DNA of 31,169 bases, from NCBI GenBank assembly GCA_038889235.1, contig JAWAHN010000003.1, positions 22,437-53,605 of the forward strand, given 5' to 3'. Source of the DNA: Candidatus Jordarchaeales archaeon. GTDB taxonomy: Archaea > Asgardarchaeota > Jordiarchaeia > Jordiarchaeales > Freyrarchaeaceae. This document shows, one piece after another, positions 1-9,519 of this stretch. A program made the translations under genes and the position numbers. The number at the start of each line of letters is the position of its first letter. Within the stretch, counting starts at the first letter, position 1. The notes beneath the pieces were generated by a model. The model had not been told where the DNA came from, did not search any database, and saw only the letters and a list, made by a program, of their open reading frames with translations.

Positions 1-156
1 CGCTTTATGGAGGCTCAACGGTCCACTCACGCTCCCTCTAAGCTCCGCGACGCGAAGAAGCCACTTTTATCCACTCTGCCTTCAGAAATTTCGTCTTCAT
101 TGAGATGGGAAAACTATTTTTTATTTTTCTAGCTTTGGTCTCCACGTGGTGGTGAT

Positions 157-873
157 TTGCTGGGTATTTTTGTTGGGACGAGCGGTTGGGCTTACTTTTG
201 GAACCCTGAAGGAAGCTTCGACTGGTATCTTAAGAACAGCGGTTTCAACGCCGTCGAGCTCAACGCAAGCTACTACAGGTTTCCTTTTCCGAGCCAGGTT
301 AGAGGCTGGGCTAAGAAGACTCCTGAGTGGTTTAGGTGGGCTGTCAAGGTCTCTCGCTTTATAACACACGTGTTCAAATTCGGTGAGCGCGCATACCAAA
401 CCTGGCAAAAGTTTAGAAATCTTTTCGCCCCCCTCGACGAGAAAATCAGCTTTTACCTCTTCCAGCTTCCACCCAACATGAAGCCGACTGAGAAGAACGT
501 TGAGAAAATAGAGCGGTTCGCCGAGGAGTCGGAACTTGGGCCGCGCTTCGCACTGGAGTGGAGGAACGAGGAGTGGTTTAGCGAGAAGTGGGTTAACTGG
601 GCGCGCAGATTAAACATAACTATAGTCTCAGTTGACGCCCCCGAACTGCCACGCGACATCATGGTGTCTAATGGAAGAGTCTACCTTAGAATGCATGGCA
701 GGACGGCGTGGTACTCCCACGTCTATAGCAGGGAGGAGCTTGAAGAGGTCGCTGAGAGAATAGTTGCCGAGGGACCCGAGCTCGTCTACGTCTTCTTCAA
801 CAACGACACGGGAATGCTTCCAAACGGAAGGGAGATGCTGCAAATACTGAAGCTTAAGCTTGCACCACAATAA
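157..873 (+). CDS. DUF72 (YecE-like) family protein
   Basis: 238-aa ORF with TTG start. N-terminal FVGTSGWAYFWNPEGSFDWYLKNSGFNAVELNASYYRFP and C-terminal VYVFFNNDTGMLPNGREM are typical of DUF72. Confidence 0.9.
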   Translation: MLGIFVGTSGWAYFWNPEGSFDWYLKNSGFNAVELNASYYRFPFPSQVRGWAKKTPEWFRWAVKVSRFITHVFKFGERAYQTWQKFRNLFAPLDEKISFYLFQLPPNMKPTEKNVEKIERFAEESELGPRFALEWRNEEWFSEKWVNWARRLNITIVSVDAPELPRDIMVSNGRVYLRMHGRTAWYSHVYSREELEEVAERIVAEGPELVYVFFNNDTGMLPNGREMLQILKLKLAPQ

Positions 874-995
874 ACCCTTGAGCACCCTCCAGCGACTGGT
901 AGCATGCTGACCCCGGGGGGGAGACTTTTCTACCGTAATTTTTAAGATGACTCTTCGATAAGAATAGTTTCAAGGGGTTATCGGAGGGGAGGGCT

Positions 996-1493
996 TTGTC
1001 GGAGTATGTTGAGGTTATTGTAGACCACGATTTGAAGGACGTGACTCCAGAGATGATCGATTGGTGGTGGGACAACATAAATGAGGAAAGGTACAAGCTC
1101 TGGCACCCGAAAGACCACAAGGGGTTCAAGTGGGAGGTTCACCCAAAGGAGAAAGGCCACGTTGGCGCTATACACGTGGCGGAAGAAGACATCGGCGATA
1201 TGACCGTGACGCTGCGCATACGCTGGGAGGACCCGAAAAACGTACCTATACCTGTAACTATGAGCCACGCTGTCGCGGCAAGCATAATCGACGAGAACGG
1301 AGAACCGATGGCTTGGCTGGTACACCAGTACGAGGCAACGCCGAATGGGACCAGAATGCGTTCAACGTTCAAGATACCCGCGATACTTTCAGAGTACATC
1401 GCTAAAGGGCTCTACAGGCACTGCAAAGAAGAGATGGGAAACCTGCCAAAATTCCTCCCAAAGTTGTACAAGGAGGAAAAGAAGGAACAGTGA
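996..1493 (+). CDS. DAPG hydrolase (PhiG)-domain-like protein
   Basis: 165-aa ORF with LWHPKDHKGFKWE and HAVAASIIDENGEPMAWLVHQYE motifs resembling the PhiG-type metal hydrolase domain; family recalled from motif only. Confidence 0.6.
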   Translation: MSEYVEVIVDHDLKDVTPEMIDWWWDNINEERYKLWHPKDHKGFKWEVHPKEKGHVGAIHVAEEDIGDMTVTLRIRWEDPKNVPIPVTMSHAVAASIIDENGEPMAWLVHQYEATPNGTRMRSTFKIPAILSEYIAKGLYRHCKEEMGNLPKFLPKLYKEEKKEQ

Positions 1494-1566
1494 GTGAGAC
1501 CTTACCCTTCACCGTCCAACTAATCTAAACCCAACATTCCCCCTTTAACCATTTTTTGCGTTTCAC

Positions 1567-2775
1567 TCATTTAATTGTCACCAATTGTGTTTTCAACACT
1601 CTCGAAACTGCCGGGTCGACTCTCTTCTCCAGCTTTGTCCTACTAATTTTTTCGAGTAAAGGAATGCTGGCTAGGGTGAGCGCGGCTGCCAATATGAACA
1701 GTACCGGGTAGCCGAGGTTTTCCGCCACAATACCGCTCAGGAAAGACCCAATTATCGACGATAGAAAGATTGCCGCGTTGTAGACGCCCATCACCCTCCC
1801 CCTTCTCCCTTGAGCTAGCTTCATGGCTGCTGTTGGCCCTGTTACGTTCAGTATGGCCCACGTGAACCCTGAGAGCGCCATGACGACTACAACAAACAAA
1901 ATTCCGCTCCTATTTCTAACGAGTAGCGATAAGAGGGTGAACGCCACCATTATGAGCACTCTCCCAGCTGAAGCCCAGGATTGCGCGCGGACGTCATCAC
2001 CCTTAGAAAGCCGCTCAATCTTGGGGTATGTTAGAATAGAGGCGATGGTGCTTGTGACGTAAGCTAAAAAGACCTCGCTGCTCGTACCCCTTATACTCAC
2101 TATGAAGGATGGGAGGAGAGAGTAGCCGAGGGCTGTAGAGGTGAATATCAGGAACGTCGAAGCCATGTAGAGAGATATTAACTTCTTGTCTTGCGCGCTG
2201 CTTTCTGTAACCGCTTCAACATGCTTCACACCTCCCAACTCTACGGGTCGCTGCCTGAGCACGGCGAAAGCGTAGGCGAAGCTCACTATCGAGAGCATTG
2301 CTGACGTCACGAAAAGCTCCCTCCCCTTAGAAAGGAGGGACCAGAACGCGCCTACAATTAATCCCATAAGCCAACCTAGGTCGCTAATCCTGTTGAACGA
2401 GCTAATCTCTTTGCTCCACGACGAGTGTTTGTTTGTCTCAGCTATCAACAGGGGGGCTGCTATGGCGCATATCGCCGTTGCGAAGCCTGCTATGGCGCTG
2501 GCAAGGAAAATGTGGACGACGCGGGAGGTTGTGTAGAACACCACGCTTGACAGAGCGACCCCAAAGAACCCTACGAGGATGTAGCTCCCTAGAATTCTCG
2601 CATTCGAAAACCTACCGGAAACTATGGATGTGAGGGCGGCAGCAGAGTTGAAGATGGCTACAGCTAAGCCAGCATCTACCAGGCTTCCACCTAGCATGCC
2701 TACGTAGACGGGTATCAGTGGAATCGTGACCGCGCTCGCCACTCTAAACGGGAAATAAGCCTTGTACCACTTCAC
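1567..2775 (-). CDS. Major facilitator superfamily (MFS) transporter
   Basis: 402 aa, about 12 hydrophobic segments, MFS-like loop and repeat arrangement (PVYVGMLGGSLVDAGLAVAIFNSAAALTSIVSGR; QGRRGRVMGVYNAAIFLSSIIG). Confidence 0.8.
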   Translation of the reverse strand: MKWYKAYFPFRVASAVTIPLIPVYVGMLGGSLVDAGLAVAIFNSAAALTSIVSGRFSNARILGSYILVGFFGVALSSVVFYTTSRVVHIFLASAIAGFATAICAIAAPLLIAETNKHSSWSKEISSFNRISDLGWLMGLIVGAFWSLLSKGRELFVTSAMLSIVSFAYAFAVLRQRPVELGGVKHVEAVTESSAQDKKLISLYMASTFLIFTSTALGYSLLPSFIVSIRGTSSEVFLAYVTSTIASILTYPKIERLSKGDDVRAQSWASAGRVLIMVAFTLLSLLVRNRSGILFVVVVMALSGFTWAILNVTGPTAAMKLAQGRRGRVMGVYNAAIFLSSIIGSFLSGIVAENLGYPVLFILAAALTLASIPLLEKISRTKLEKRVDPAVSRVLKTQLVTIK

Positions 2776-3014
2776 GCTTCATGCCAGCTTACACACCTTC
2801 TGTAGCTTTCCGTTAAACTCAGGGAAACTATTTAAAGTTAACTCAGCGAGCAATAATGCTTCCAGTAACCCTCCTTCTCAAGCTGGAGACTGCGACTTGG
2901 CGAGTGCACTCTTTCCTCTATCACCCCTTCTGAGGAGCGCGCCGAGAAATACCAGCATGTGCCTCGCTACCCCCTTGGTAACACTTAAATCTCTTCACCT
3001 TCGATGTTGGCTGG

Positions 3015-3803
3015 GTGAGCGGCTTGCACGACTGCGACCTGTCATTCCTAGACATACCTGAGGTTTTGAGGTTCGTCTTTTACCCCCGAAAGGACTTCTC
3101 CACATGGCTTGGATCCGTGTGCTTCGTTGATGTCGGTGGAGGGGTACGCTTAGCGTGCAAGTTCTACTCGTGCGACGAGGGGAGGCCTGCGCTCTTGTAC
3201 TTTCACGGTAACGGTGAGACTGCGGGAGACTACGACGAGTTCTCGTGGTTTTTCACAAAGAGGGGCCTGAACCTCTTCGTCGCAGAGTATAGGGGGTACG
3301 GGCTGAGCGGGGGGAGCCCCACTATAACAAGCCTGCTTCGCGACGCGCACATCGTTTTTGGGAGGTTTAAGAGTGTGGCTTTCGAGGAAAAGTGGGGTGG
3401 CATGTTCATCATGGGTCGCTCACTCGGAAGTATTCCGGCAATCGAGCTGGCATACCACTACCAAGATGAGATAAAAGGGTTGATTGTCGAAAGCGGGATA
3501 GCTAACACTTTTACCCTTTTCCTAGACTTTTTTGGGATTAAAATTAGTGATGAGCTGAGAGAGCAGCTTGAATCCGTGTCGAACAAGGCGAAAATAAGGA
3601 AGATAAAGGCTCCGACACTAATAATACACGCCGAAAACGACACATTGATACCAGTAAGCGAAGCCATAGAGCTGTACGAAAACTCCGGCGCGGAAGACAA
3701 AGAACTCTTCATAATTCCAGGAGCAGACCACAACGACCTGTGGTTCGTTGCAGGTGAAAAGTATTATGATAAAATAAAGGCCTTCGTCGAAGAACACTCC
3801 TAA
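3015..3803 (+). CDS. Alpha/beta hydrolase
   Basis: 262 aa, GTG start. HGNGE oxyanion region, nucleophile elbow GRSLGS, PTLIIHAENDTLIP, and GADHND catalytic His. Confidence 0.88.
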   Translation: MSGLHDCDLSFLDIPEVLRFVFYPRKDFSTWLGSVCFVDVGGGVRLACKFYSCDEGRPALLYFHGNGETAGDYDEFSWFFTKRGLNLFVAEYRGYGLSGGSPTITSLLRDAHIVFGRFKSVAFEEKWGGMFIMGRSLGSIPAIELAYHYQDEIKGLIVESGIANTFTLFLDFFGIKISDELREQLESVSNKAKIRKIKAPTLIIHAENDTLIPVSEAIELYENSGAEDKELFIIPGADHNDLWFVAGEKYYDKIKAFVEEHS

Positions 3804-4326
3804 AACTTTTCCGCCGTCGTTTGGCCTCCAGTTCCTCTTTCACGCTTTTTGCACCGCTTTTCCGAGCTAAAGCCCGGTTTTTCTGAGCATAGTCTTGGAC
3901 TATCACAAGCGCCACGCTTTACGTTGAAGCTGTTAGAGTTACGCTTAGCATAGCTGTTTTAATGAAAAAGTCAAAGTGGTCGACGCACCGACTGATATTG
4001 GTCTTCTCCCCGCACAATGCCCCGATAAACTAGCTATTAATTAACTCTATGTGGCAGTGCGCTCTGACGTGGCGCCTGAGGATATAGAGCTCTAACGTTT
4101 AATGTAATGGTAGAGCTTGGCGGGTACCATTCTAGCTTTTGTCCCCCTCAACGCGATCGGCAAAATGTTCGTTGACGTGGCGGCTTCCAGAGGTCTCGGG
4201 GTTACCGGGTCACAAGCTAACCGGAAAACTAAAGAAACACGCTTCCCCTATTCCATTATTTTAAAGACAAAGCCCCCTTTGAACTTCTTAAACTTTCTCG
4301 TGGAGATTGTAGCGGCGGGTGGTGTT

Positions 4327-4866
4327 ATGAAAAAATTTAAGCTCACGATAGAGCTTGTCCCCACCCCACTCTGGTTTTCATCTCTGTACAACCTTTACAG
4401 GAATGCTGGGATTCCTGAAGAGTGGCGTAGGATTAAAGCCGAACTTTTCAGAAAGGAGGGGAGAAAGTGTTGGATCTGTGGCAGGGAGGATAGGCGCTTG
4501 GAGGCTCACGAGTTCTGGGAGTACGATGACGAGAGACATGTTCAGAGACTTGTCGCTATACACCATCTGTGTGACCTCTGCCACAAGGTTAAGCACATAG
4601 GGTTCTGGTGTTACACTGAGGAGGGCAGGAGGAGGCTGAGGAGTGAGGGATTAAGCGAGGAGCATCTGATCGAGCACTTCTGTAGGGTTAACAACTGTTC
4701 CAGGGAAGAATTTGAGAAACACAAAAATGAGGCTTTCAGAGTTTGGATGGAGAGGAACATGCACTCGTGGACACAGGACCTCGGAGAATACGACCCTGAA
4801 AAGAGGAGGGCGAGGCTGCGGGGGCGTGAACCCAGCTCAAAAACGCCTACTAAGATGCCTTTATAA
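4327..4866 (+). CDS. HNH-type zinc/nuclease-like protein
   Basis: CWICGREDRRLEAHEFWEYDDERHVQRLVAIHHLCDLCHKVKHIG has the CxxC...H...H...CxxC..H layout of HNH proteins. The ATG at 4327 follows a GGTGGTG purine-rich stretch and a TATA-like ATTTTAAAG near 4258. The track ORF begins further upstream at 4117 with less convincing sequence. Confidence 0.65.
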   Translation: MKKFKLTIELVPTPLWFSSLYNLYRNAGIPEEWRRIKAELFRKEGRKCWICGREDRRLEAHEFWEYDDERHVQRLVAIHHLCDLCHKVKHIGFWCYTEEGRRRLRSEGLSEEHLIEHFCRVNNCSREEFEKHKNEAFRVWMERNMHSWTQDLGEYDPEKRRARLRGREPSSKTPTKMPL

Positions 4867-6352
4867 GTGGGATTTCCTCCTCACCCTCACGATGAGCCGC
4901 CTTCCTCCTCGCCAGGAAGTCGTAGTATGTCTTGGCGTTTCTCAGTGCGTCGCACAGCCTCCTCATGTCCGGGTAAACAGGTATCCTCTCCTTGGCTAGT
5001 ATGTCCCTCAATTTAACCCATAGTGCCTCGTCACCTATGGGTGAGAGAACCACTGCGAACGGCTTCCCTTCTTTTATGGCTTTCTTGCCTGAACTCACCA
5101 GCGCATCGGTGAACTCTCCTTTGAACGCGTCACTCTGCCTCCAGTTGTAAGCCAGGTACATTACAGGAAGATCGAAGACTATCAAGTCTATGTTTGGGTC
5201 GCTTGCAATAGCATCTATGACGGTTGAAACAACTACCGGGTTGTAGTATGCACCCGACACGTCGACCGGGTTCGTGGCACTTATCCCCTCCGGGTAAACT
5301 CGTCTAACTTCCTCCTCTATCACTCTGACAGTTTCCTCGCTTAATGGGGGAACCTTGAACCCAGCCTCGGATAGGAGGTCGCTTATCGTAACGCTTGCTC
5401 CGCCACTAATGGACACGCTGCCAACCCTGTTCCCCCTCAACGGTGGAAGGAACGAGAATGTGAGCGCTGTGTCAACAAGCTCTTCAAGCGTCTTAACTTC
5501 GACAACACCCGTCTGCCTGAAAACCGCGCTCCATATCCTGTAGCTCCCAGCTAGAGACCCTGTGTGAGAGGCGCATGCCCGTGCCCCGTCCTCACTCCTC
5601 CCTCCTTTCCACACTACCAGAGGCTTCTTTAAGGAGACTTCTAGGAAAGCTTCTGCAAGCCTCTCAGCGCTCTTAACTCCCTCAATGTAGGCAGTCACAA
5701 CACGCGTCTCCTCGTCATCCTTAAAGTACGACAGCAGTTCTTCAAGCCCTATATCGCAAGCGTTGCCGTAGCTCACAACCTTGCTAAACCTCAACCCCCT
5801 AGTATAGCCGTAAAGTATCACAAGGTTAGCCAAGCCTCCACTTTGGCTCACGAAGGCGACGTCTCCGGGTTCAAGGGGGAGGTTTATCCTCCAGGCGAGA
5901 CCCACCCTGGGGTTGTAAAGGCCGAGGCAGTTCGGTCCAAGCACACGCGTGCGGGTCCCTTTAATGGTCTCCTTAATCTTTTCCTCCAGTTCTATGCCCT
6001 CCCTGCGCCCCGTTTCGCTGAAACCCGCCGTGAATATGGCGACGAGTTTTGCTCCTTTCTCGACGCAGTCCTTAACTATCTCTGGAACCGTGTGCGCCGG
6101 GGTTTCTATGAAGACGTAGTCGACTTTGTCCGGGATATCCGTCACTCGGGGGTAGACCTTTAACCCCAACTCCGGTATCTCGCTCCTACTGGGATTAACC
6201 ACGTACACTCTTCCCTTGAACCTTAGGAAAGACCTAAGGAAGAAATAGCCTCTTTTGCTTGAAGCCCCAACGTCAACTACTGTTTCAGGGTTAAAGGCTT
6301 CGTCTAACTCGCTCTTCAAGTTGCATAGCCTCCGACCGGAAGTCCATTGCAA
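4850..6352 (-). CDS. ADP-forming acyl-CoA/acetyl-CoA synthetase, alpha-type subunit (CoA-binding plus ligase-CoA domains)
   Basis: 500 aa. Rossmann CoA-binding domain (ETVVDVGASSKRGY...VYVVNPSRSEIPELGLKVYPRVTDIP), GPNCLGLYNP, and WKGGRSEDGARACASHTGSLAG containing the expected phospho-His. No ATP-grasp beta domain. Start may be the TTG near 6319. Confidence 0.88.
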   Translation of the reverse strand: MQWTSGRRLCNLKSELDEAFNPETVVDVGASSKRGYFFLRSFLRFKGRVYVVNPSRSEIPELGLKVYPRVTDIPDKVDYVFIETPAHTVPEIVKDCVEKGAKLVAIFTAGFSETGRREGIELEEKIKETIKGTRTRVLGPNCLGLYNPRVGLAWRINLPLEPGDVAFVSQSGGLANLVILYGYTRGLRFSKVVSYGNACDIGLEELLSYFKDDEETRVVTAYIEGVKSAERLAEAFLEVSLKKPLVVWKGGRSEDGARACASHTGSLAGSYRIWSAVFRQTGVVEVKTLEELVDTALTFSFLPPLRGNRVGSVSISGGASVTISDLLSEAGFKVPPLSEETVRVIEEEVRRVYPEGISATNPVDVSGAYYNPVVVSTVIDAIASDPNIDLIVFDLPVMYLAYNWRQSDAFKGEFTDALVSSGKKAIKEGKPFAVVLSPIGDEALWVKLRDILAKERIPVYPDMRRLCDALRNAKTYYDFLARRKAAHREGEEEIPLIKAS

Positions 6353-6516
6353 AAATTCACTTGCCCGCCTGTAAGTCCGGGCGGGTTATGAACACTATCC
6401 TCTCACCTTTGTTTTTTAAGTTTTCCCTTTTTCGTTTCAAAGAGCATTACGGTAGGAGAAAAATAAATAACGCTTCCTTCCCTATTTTCTTTTTGCTAAA
6501 ATGGGGGTCGAGTGCC

Positions 6517-6852
6517 TTGGAGGAGCCTAGTTCTGAGGACAGCAGTTTTAGCAGCGGGCTCCTTCCCGTTTTAGCTGAAATAAAGAGGCGTCTCGAAAAC
6601 GTCTGTAGGGATAAGATCGTCGACATAATACCATTCGGGATCGAACGGTCTAAGAACCTAGAAGGCGTTGACGCGGCAATAGTGTTGAAAGAGGAAGAAG
6701 AACTTAACAATAGTGCGAAGAGGATAAGCAAGGTTCTAGAAGAGGTTCTTAAAGAGAAGAAGATAAGGGTGCGCTTCATATCACAGGAGAAGCTCGAAAA
6801 AACCATGTGGCCCCTGTACATTCAGAGGAAGTCTGTTAGGAGGGCGCAGTGA
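6517..6852 (+). CDS. Small nucleotidyltransferase-fold-like protein, degenerate motif
   Basis: C-terminal 111 aa of the 6361..6852 ORF: LLPVLAEIKRRLENVCRDKIVDIIPFGIERSKNLEGVDAAIVLKEEEE resembles the MNT/Pol-beta beta-strand and G-S motif region without canonical residues. TTG 6517 is a guess for the start. Confidence 0.45.
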   Translation: MEEPSSEDSSFSSGLLPVLAEIKRRLENVCRDKIVDIIPFGIERSKNLEGVDAAIVLKEEEELNNSAKRISKVLEEVLKEKKIRVRFISQEKLEKTMWPLYIQRKSVRRAQ

Positions 6853-6926
6853 CCCCGCCAGCTCGGGGTGTTAATCATCCAGTGTCCTCCTGGGGGAGGG
6901 GTTCGTTTCTGGGCGTTAGTCGTGAA

Positions 6927-7667
6927 ATGCTGGCTAAGCTCGTAGACATACCTGTGAGTAAGCGTTTACGCGTCGTAGCGTTAACTGGAGCCGGTGTTTC
7001 AGCCGAGAGTGGTGTCCCCATTTTCCGGGGCCCGGGATCCATGTGGGAGATTCCAGAGGTTAGAGAGCTTGCCCGTAGGGCTGGTCCACCGTGGAATAAC
7101 AGGGAGACATGGGAGTTCTACGAGTGGAGGAGGGGGCTTGTGGCGCGCTGCAAGCCTAACGCCGCCCACCTAACGCTTGCGGAGATGGAGCGTTACTTTG
7201 AAGACTTCTGCCTCATAACGCAGAACGTCGACGGGCTCCACTGGAGGGCTGGAAGCAAGCACGTCCTCGAGCTTCACGGCAGTATGTGGAAGGGACGGTG
7301 CCCCAAGGATGGAGCCGTAGTAGATCTTCCCGAAACGCCTCTCAAGAGCATTCCGCCAGTGCACGAGTGTGGAACCCCAATGCGCCCCCACGTCGTGCAG
7401 TTCGGAGAGCCAATAGACCCCGACGTTTTGAGGAAGGCTGTGGCCGCGAGCAGAAAGGCTGACCTATTCCTCGTCATCGGCACTTCCGGCGTTGTGGCAC
7501 CTGCATCCCACCTTCCTCTCATAGCCCTCGAAAGAGGGGCGAAGCTCATAGAAGTTAACCCCAGAACCACAGTCCTGACTCCATACATGCACCTCTCCGT
7601 CAGGGGTAAAGCTGCAGAAGTTTTACCAAGAATTTGGAAGATACTTGTCGGCGAAGAAAAATATTAA
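6927..7667 (+). CDS. NAD-dependent protein deacylase, Sir2 family (sirtuin)
   Basis: ALTGAGVSAESGVPIFRG, TQNVDGLHWRAGSKHVLELHGSM, VVQFGE and IGTSGVVAPA. ATG 6927 has a G-rich sequence upstream; the track ORF starts at 6849. Confidence 0.92.
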   Translation: MLAKLVDIPVSKRLRVVALTGAGVSAESGVPIFRGPGSMWEIPEVRELARRAGPPWNNRETWEFYEWRRGLVARCKPNAAHLTLAEMERYFEDFCLITQNVDGLHWRAGSKHVLELHGSMWKGRCPKDGAVVDLPETPLKSIPPVHECGTPMRPHVVQFGEPIDPDVLRKAVAASRKADLFLVIGTSGVVAPASHLPLIALERGAKLIEVNPRTTVLTPYMHLSVRGKAAEVLPRIWKILVGEEKY

Positions 7668-7735
7668 TCCGCGTACCGCACCTGTTTCTTTAGTGTTGTT
7701 TTGAGCAATAAGTCAGAGGTGGGGGTGGTGGAGGG

Positions 7736-8536
7736 TTGCCTTACGCTAAAGTTAGAGACATAAACATGTACTACGAGGTTTACGGCAGCGGTTTCCCGTT
7801 GGTCATGATCATGGGACTTGGAGCAAACACTTACTGGTGGGACCCGTACCTGATAGACGAGTTTTCAAAGCACTTCAAGGTTGTGGTTTTCGACAACAGG
7901 GGCGCCGGAAGAACAGATAAGCCCGCCGTGGACTACACCATGAAAATGTTCGCCGACGACACTGTTGGGCTAATGGACTACCTGGGAATAAAGAAGGCGC
8001 ACATTCTAGGCGTTTCGATGGGTGGAATGATAGCCCAAGAGATCGCACTAAACTACCCTGAGCGCGTCGAAAAACTTGTCCTGTGCGTCACAGCTCCAGG
8101 TGGACGTGTAACAGTTCCACCCAAACCTGAAGCGATGGCCCTGCTGACAATGGATAGGAGTAAGCTCACCGACGAGCAAATAGCGATGGAAACCATCAAG
8201 GTCCTCTACCCCAAAGAATTCATCGAGAAACACCCAGAAATAGTCAAAGTCTCCTTGGAGAGACTCTCGAAGTACGTGATCCCGACGGACGCTTTCATGA
8301 GACAGATTAACGCCATATTAAAGTTCGACGCCTACGATAGGCTGAGCCACATCAATAAGCCAACGCTGGTCGTCTCGGGAGGAAAAGACATACTGGTCCC
8401 ACCGGAAAACGGAAAGCTTATCGCAGAGAAGATACCGAATGCCAAGCTGGTAATATTCGAAGAGTCAGGCCACGGACTTATAACGCAGGAAAGGGAGAGG
8501 TTCGCCAGCCTAGTAATAGACTTCCTCAAGAAATAG
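7736..8536 (+). CDS. Alpha/beta hydrolase
   Basis: 266 aa. HG-like region GLGANTYWW, FDNRGAGRTDKP, nucleophile elbow GVSMGG, TLVVSGGKDILVP, SGHGL. Confidence 0.92.
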   Translation: MPYAKVRDINMYYEVYGSGFPLVMIMGLGANTYWWDPYLIDEFSKHFKVVVFDNRGAGRTDKPAVDYTMKMFADDTVGLMDYLGIKKAHILGVSMGGMIAQEIALNYPERVEKLVLCVTAPGGRVTVPPKPEAMALLTMDRSKLTDEQIAMETIKVLYPKEFIEKHPEIVKVSLERLSKYVIPTDAFMRQINAILKFDAYDRLSHINKPTLVVSGGKDILVPPENGKLIAEKIPNAKLVIFEESGHGLITQERERFASLVIDFLKK

Positions 8537-8828
8537 CAGTATCCCCTTGTTTCCCACGAGCAGACAGGAAATTCCGGAAGGACCGGGGCTCCCGATTTAT
8601 TAATTTTTGTGGAGTTGAAAATAGCTGGTGCTATATGCCTCTCAACACGCACTAAATAACTTTTTTGTAGCGTGTAAAACCCTACTTGTCCGGCGTGCGG
8701 CGTGAAGGTTGAAGTTCCTGGAATATTCCTGTGAATGGTATATTCGAAGCTCAACTTATTGAGAGGTTCACGCTTTGTGATGGTTGAAAGTCTCTCGTTC
8801 GTCTCGCCTATGCAGCATAAGGCTGTTT

Positions 8829-9269
8829 TCACCACCAGAACAGAAGTTTAACTCTCGGCTTTGAAAGGTACCAAACTGCTGCCAGTCCGAGGAAGATGAC
8901 TGCTACTCCGCTTACGACGTTAAAGTAAGGGAATTTCTGTGAAAGCAAGGCGATGAAAGTGCTTCTCGAGGAAAGCTGGTCGGGGGAGACGAAAATTCCA
9001 ACCAAGCCGGCAAGTACCATGAACGAGGAAAACACTATGATGATTAACCTCCCCCAGTTTTTGAGCTGGAAAAGAGCTACGGCGGAAACGCCAAACGTCA
9101 GTCCTACCGCGAGAAACATTGCGAGTAAAGCTGCGTCCAAAGGCTGGAGGAGACCCCAGCTAATCAGGTTTTCTAAGCCCCAAATAGAAACGGCGACCAA
9201 GAGAGCGCCAAAAGCGCAATATGCCAGGCTGAAAAAAGTGATCCCCTTAGTGCGCTCCATGCCAATCAC
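8829..9269 (-). CDS. Small integral membrane protein, four predicted TM segments
   Basis: 146-aa ORF, strongly hydrophobic segments, ATG start, TTTTAAA-like element upstream on the minus strand. Confidence 0.6.
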   Translation of the reverse strand: MIGMERTKGITFFSLAYCAFGALLVAVSIWGLENLISWGLLQPLDAALLAMFLAVGLTFGVSAVALFQLKNWGRLIIIVFSSFMVLAGLVGIFVSPDQLSSRSTFIALLSQKFPYFNVVSGVAVIFLGLAAVWYLSKPRVKLLFWW

Positions 9270-9519
9270 CCTTTTAAATCAGAGTATACCACCCCGCTCA
9301 GGAACCTATTCTACTTAACTCCTCCGAAGCAAATGTAGCACCGGGCAACGTCCATTAAACATGAAATAGATGGGCGGCTCTTCCTCTTTTTTATTTCTGT
9401 CGAACCTCCTCTCAGTCGGCAGTTTTCCACGTGAACATCTTTCTCGCTACGGGCAGCCCCCTAAAGGAGGAAATCTTAAAAAGGGTTTTTAATTCTTATA
9501 CGGGTTGGGGGGGTTTGTA

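Noticed and set aside
3709-3915. 68-aa minus-strand ORF with basic N-terminus (MALVIVQDYAQKNRALARKSGAKSVKEELEAKRRRK)
   Set aside because: Overlaps the convergent hydrolase 3' end. The N-terminal part looks protein-like, but there is not enough evidence to call a gene.
8332-8835. 167-aa ORF on the minus strand
   Set aside because: Mostly antisense to the alpha/beta hydrolase; no recognisable domain.
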